This document shows positions 37,220 to 40,000 of a stretch of DNA of 40,000 bases, piece by piece; within the stretch, counting starts at the first letter, position 1, and the number at the start of each line of letters is the position of its first letter. Source of the stretch: Hyphomicrobiales bacterium (GTDB lineage Bacteria; Pseudomonadota; Alphaproteobacteria; Rhizobiales; Aestuariivirgaceae). The position numbers and the translations under genes are program-made. The stretch covers positions 42,634 through 82,633 of the forward strand of contig JBBRLH010000011.1 in assembly GCA_038231475.1 (NCBI GenBank). The letters are read 5' to 3'. The notes under the pieces are model-generated. The model had not been told where the DNA came from and made no database searches. It saw nothing but the letters and a program-made list of their open reading frames with translations.

Positions 37220-39864
37220 CGAACTCAAATCTTGACCTGCCTCACCCTGACTACTTGTCAATCGCGATCAGAACCTATGCTGATCATCGCCAACAAAAGC
37301 CGTTCAGCGCACCACCTTACATTTCGTCCAAATATTCTTTGATTTTTGACTGTGAGACCACCACCGACGAAACCCAGTCCTTGCGGTTTGGAGCTTTCCA
37401 GATTCGGGAGAATGGGGAACTTATTGAGCAGGGTGTATTTTATGACGACCAAACTTTGGATGGGAACGAGTTGGAATTGCTCAAAACCTATGCAGCAACA
37501 TATGGCGTTGCCCATCTCCCCGTAGATGTGTTCGTCGAGAACTACCTCTACAAATTTGGATATGACCTGGGTGCTGCCATTGTTGGATTTAATCTGCCCT
37601 TTGATCTCTCCAGATTAGCCAAAGACTGGGGCATTGCACGAAGGTCAATGAAAGGAGGTTTCACCTTCCCACTTTCGGACGACAAGCGGCGACCCAATAT
37701 TGCCATCAAGCACCTCAGCAGCCGGATGTCCCTGATGAGGTTTGTTGGCCCTTTCGTGCAGAGCACAGGGCGCGGCATGCGAAGGCGTAAAGCTCTTGTC
37801 CCGTTTGAAAGAGGCACATTCATTGACGTGCGCACCCTTGCTGCAGCGTTGCTCAGTAAGTCATTTAGCTTGGGCAAGCTTTCTGAACATCTGCAGGTCG
37901 AGCATCAAAAGCTTGAGACCGATGAGCATGGAGGTCCATTGACTGAGGATTACATTCGCTATGCCGTGCAGGATGTCCAAACAACCTGGGAGTGTTTTGT
38001 TGCACTTCGCAAGAAATATGACGAACTGAAACTCTCGACTCCCATCCACAAGATCATGAGTGAGGCCAGTCTAGGGAAAGCCTATCTTTCCCAAATGGGC
38101 ATTAAGCCCTGGCGGCAATGCCAGCCTGATTTTCCGCCTGAACTTATCGGCAAGATCTTCAGTACATACTATGGTGGACGATCCGAAGTGCATATCCGCC
38201 GGAAAATCCAGCGTGTCATGTATTGCGATTTTCTCTCCATGTACCCGACGGTTTGCACCAAAATGGGTTTGTGGAAGTTTGTCATTGCCGAAGGCATGAC
38301 CTGGCGGGATGGCACTGACGAGATTCAGCAGCTCATCGATGGGATAAATGTTGATGATTTCCGAAATCCCGAGACCTGGAAGAGATTGACGGCCATTGTT
38401 CGCCTCAAACCTGAGGCCAATCTCTTTCCGGTTCGTGCCGAATATGTTGAAGGTGCTGGGACATCCATCGGGCTGAATCATCTCTCATCGGAGAGGCCAC
38501 TGTATTTCACGCTGGCCGATTGCGTTGCCTCAAAGCTGTTGACAGGGAAAACGCCGCAAATTGAAGAAGCCATCATTTTCGAGGCTGGCCCCCCTCAAGT
38601 TGGCTTGCAACCTGTCGAGATTGGAGGCCAAGCCGATTGCCTGGTTGACCCTTACAATGATGATTTCTATAAAAAGCTCATAGAGCTGCGCCAGACCATC
38701 AAGGCCAGGATGAAAAGGGCTTCGTCTGTCGAAGCCTGGCAACTTGATGCAGCACAATTGGCCCTTAAGATTGCTGCCAATGCCACAAGCTATGGCATCT
38801 TTGTTGAAATCAATGTGCGTGATGAACTTAAGAATAAAGAGGTCACCTGCTACGGGCCTGAAGGTTCTTTCACTGCCAAGACCCGCAAAACCGAGCAGCC
38901 GGGCCGCTACTTTCACCCACTCCTTGCTACACTCATCACCGGGGCAGCCAGGTTGCTTCTGGCTTTGGTAGAATACAAGGTCAAGGATGCTGGCTTAGAC
39001 TGGGCCCTTTGTGACACAGACAGCATGGCCATTGCCCGACCTGAGGGCATGGAAGAAGCAGAGTTTATTCGAAAGGCCAAAACCATTTGCACATGGTTCG
39101 ATGATTTGAACCCGTATCAAGGTGGCGGTCCCTTGCTAAAGATAGAAGACGACAATTATTCGCTGGATGATCCAAAGTCTCTAGCCGAATTATATTGCCT
39201 TGCAGTTTCATCCAAGCGCTATGTGTTGTTCAATACTGTTGATGGCAAGCCAGTCATTCGCAAGGTATCTGCTCATGGTTTGGGACACCTCCTCGAACCA
39301 TATAATGAGAAGAATCCTGCGAAGAACCTTGCCAAACCCAAGGTTGATCTCAAGGAGGCCAGGCTTTGGCATCATGACCTGTGGTATCAAATCATCATCG
39401 CGGAACTTGAGGGACACGGTGCGCAAATTGACTTGACCTGGCATGCCGCATTGAAAAAGCCAGCAATGAGCCAATACAGAGCATCAAGCCCTGATCTGCT
39501 CGCCTGGTTTAAGTCATGCAATGCGGGCAAGAAATACCGAGACGCGGTCAAACCCTTCAACTTCCTTCTGACCCAGATCGCAGGCAGTGATGTCTTGAAG
39601 AGCAGCGTTAAAGCGGTGGCTCCATATGACAAGGATCATGATCGCGCCATTCAGAAGGCCTTTGATCGAATAACGGGGATGAAAATCAACCGCAGGGATC
39701 TGCAGAGCTTTGCCCAGGCACTCATGCAATATCATATACATCCAGAGGCAAAGTTTCATGGTGGGGATTTTGTGGACCAAGGCCCGACCTCCTGCCGCCA
39801 CGTGCATGCCATTGGCATACAGCACATTGGAAAAGAGGCGGACCGGCTGGAGGAGAGATGGTAA
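37216..39864 (+). CDS. polB: family B DNA polymerase with 3'-5' exonuclease domain
   Basis: 882 aa. ExoI FDCETTT (D45/E47), ExoII FNLPFD (aa 125-130), ExoIII YAVQD (249-253), YxGG YYGG (318-321), motif A DFLSMYP (338-344), motif B KIAANATSYG (518-527), motif C CDTDS (599-603), KxY SKRY (666-669). All appear in canonical order. Confidence 0.9.
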   Translation: MTNSNLDLPHPDYLSIAIRTYADHRQQKPFSAPPYISSKYSLIFDCETTTDETQSLRFGAFQIRENGELIEQGVFYDDQTLDGNELELLKTYAATYGVAHLPVDVFVENYLYKFGYDLGAAIVGFNLPFDLSRLAKDWGIARRSMKGGFTFPLSDDKRRPNIAIKHLSSRMSLMRFVGPFVQSTGRGMRRRKALVPFERGTFIDVRTLAAALLSKSFSLGKLSEHLQVEHQKLETDEHGGPLTEDYIRYAVQDVQTTWECFVALRKKYDELKLSTPIHKIMSEASLGKAYLSQMGIKPWRQCQPDFPPELIGKIFSTYYGGRSEVHIRRKIQRVMYCDFLSMYPTVCTKMGLWKFVIAEGMTWRDGTDEIQQLIDGINVDDFRNPETWKRLTAIVRLKPEANLFPVRAEYVEGAGTSIGLNHLSSERPLYFTLADCVASKLLTGKTPQIEEAIIFEAGPPQVGLQPVEIGGQADCLVDPYNDDFYKKLIELRQTIKARMKRASSVEAWQLDAAQLALKIAANATSYGIFVEINVRDELKNKEVTCYGPEGSFTAKTRKTEQPGRYFHPLLATLITGAARLLLALVEYKVKDAGLDWALCDTDSMAIARPEGMEEAEFIRKAKTICTWFDDLNPYQGGGPLLKIEDDNYSLDDPKSLAELYCLAVSSKRYVLFNTVDGKPVIRKVSAHGLGHLLEPYNEKNPAKNLAKPKVDLKEARLWHHDLWYQIIIAELEGHGAQIDLTWHAALKKPAMSQYRASSPDLLAWFKSCNAGKKYRDAVKPFNFLLTQIAGSDVLKSSVKAVAPYDKDHDRAIQKAFDRITGMKINRRDLQSFAQALMQYHIHPEAKFHGGDFVDQGPTSCRHVHAIGIQHIGKEADRLEERW

Positions 39865-39898
39865 TCCCCCCATTTTTAATGGGACTTGATTGTAGAAC

Positions 39899-40000
39899 TC
39901 ACGCGGCCAATTGTTGTTTCAGTTTCTGAGCGGGTGTTATGCCGCCAAGCCCCATGTTGGGACGGTCGTTGTTGTAAGTCCATAGCCAGTCTGTGGCGTA
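39899..40000 (-). CDS. DDE (rve) transposase, C-terminal 33 codons; IS3-family-like; 5' part lies beyond the window
   Basis: Not in the ORF track. Manual minus-strand translation gives YATDWLWTYNNDRPNMGLGGITPAQKLKQQLAA*, the W..YN..RP...LGG.TP end of rve-domain transposases. A candidate IS terminus TG... lies at 39887-39891. Confidence 0.8.
   Translation of the reverse strand, partial: YATDWLWTYNNDRPNMGLGGITPAQKLKQQLAA

Larger units (their letters stand above)
33945..39890. mobile_element. casposon-like element core (Cas1 + HTH-like genes + HNH + PolB); true boundaries unresolved
   Basis: Gene content only. No TIR or TSD was found by eye. The left limit could be anywhere between 30.3 and 34.1 kb. 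The right side abuts an IS end at about 39.89 kb. Confidence 0.55.

Noticed and set aside
37216-39864. Alternative reading of the PolB as a primer-independent PolB of a pipolin
   Set aside because: The KxY motif is retained (SKRY) rather than replaced, as I recall it is for piPolBs. No tyrosine recombinase or tRNA target is present, and the partner gene is Cas1. This is tentative and needs phylogeny.
30242-40000. CRISPR array, cas2 or other cas genes near the Cas1 homologue
   Set aside because: I scanned the noncoding stretches (30242-30561, 33694-34109, 35163-35239, 39865-39898) and found no regularly spaced 25-40 bp direct repeats. No small Cas2-like ORF is present. An array beyond the window cannot be excluded.

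Overview
The window looks like an alphaproteobacterial chromosome (Hyphomicrobiales/Rhizobiales-like). That call is an inference from protein signatures and synteny: ureDABCEF, infA-maf-yacG, fabA-fabB-fabI, hslVU next to hisBHAFE-coaA, and murA with UPF0262/DUF2948 neighbours. Positions 1 to about 30.24 kb are mostly conserved housekeeping operons. By-eye GC on a few 60-nt lines is in the mid-50s %. Three small accessory insertions interrupt this backbone. The first is a lower-GC carrier-protein / short P450-like / unknown-protein islet at 13.6-15.8 kb. The second is a low-GC singleton HNH-like gene at 18.3-19.2 kb. The third is two copies of a palindromic intergenic repeat family, at 7.44-7.64 kb and inside the his operon at 22.47-22.58 kb. 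From about 30.3 kb to the right edge lies a compositionally mosaic, horizontally acquired island. It starts with a very AT-rich module (30.5-33.7 kb) encoding a membrane coiled-coil protein, a PAN/Apple-like anchored protein and a small Cys-rich secreted protein. Next comes a stand-alone Cas1 homologue (34.1-35.2 kb) with its catalytic residues present and no CRISPR array, cas2 or effector genes anywhere in the window. After two unknown or HTH-like genes come an HNH nuclease translationally coupled to an 882-aa family-B DNA polymerase (36.9-39.9 kb). The island then abuts the 3' end of an rve/DDE transposase (IS3-family-like) that runs off the right edge. Cas1 + PolB + HNH without CRISPR is the gene set of casposons (self-synthesizing transposons). 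That is my main candidate for the interesting system. Its termini (TIR/TSD) could not be identified, and the right end is probably disrupted or hidden by the IS. Many long antisense ORFs in the track are high-GC artefacts and were not called. Several track ORFs have spurious N-terminal extensions, which I trimmed to the start that gives a conserved N-terminus and an RBS.
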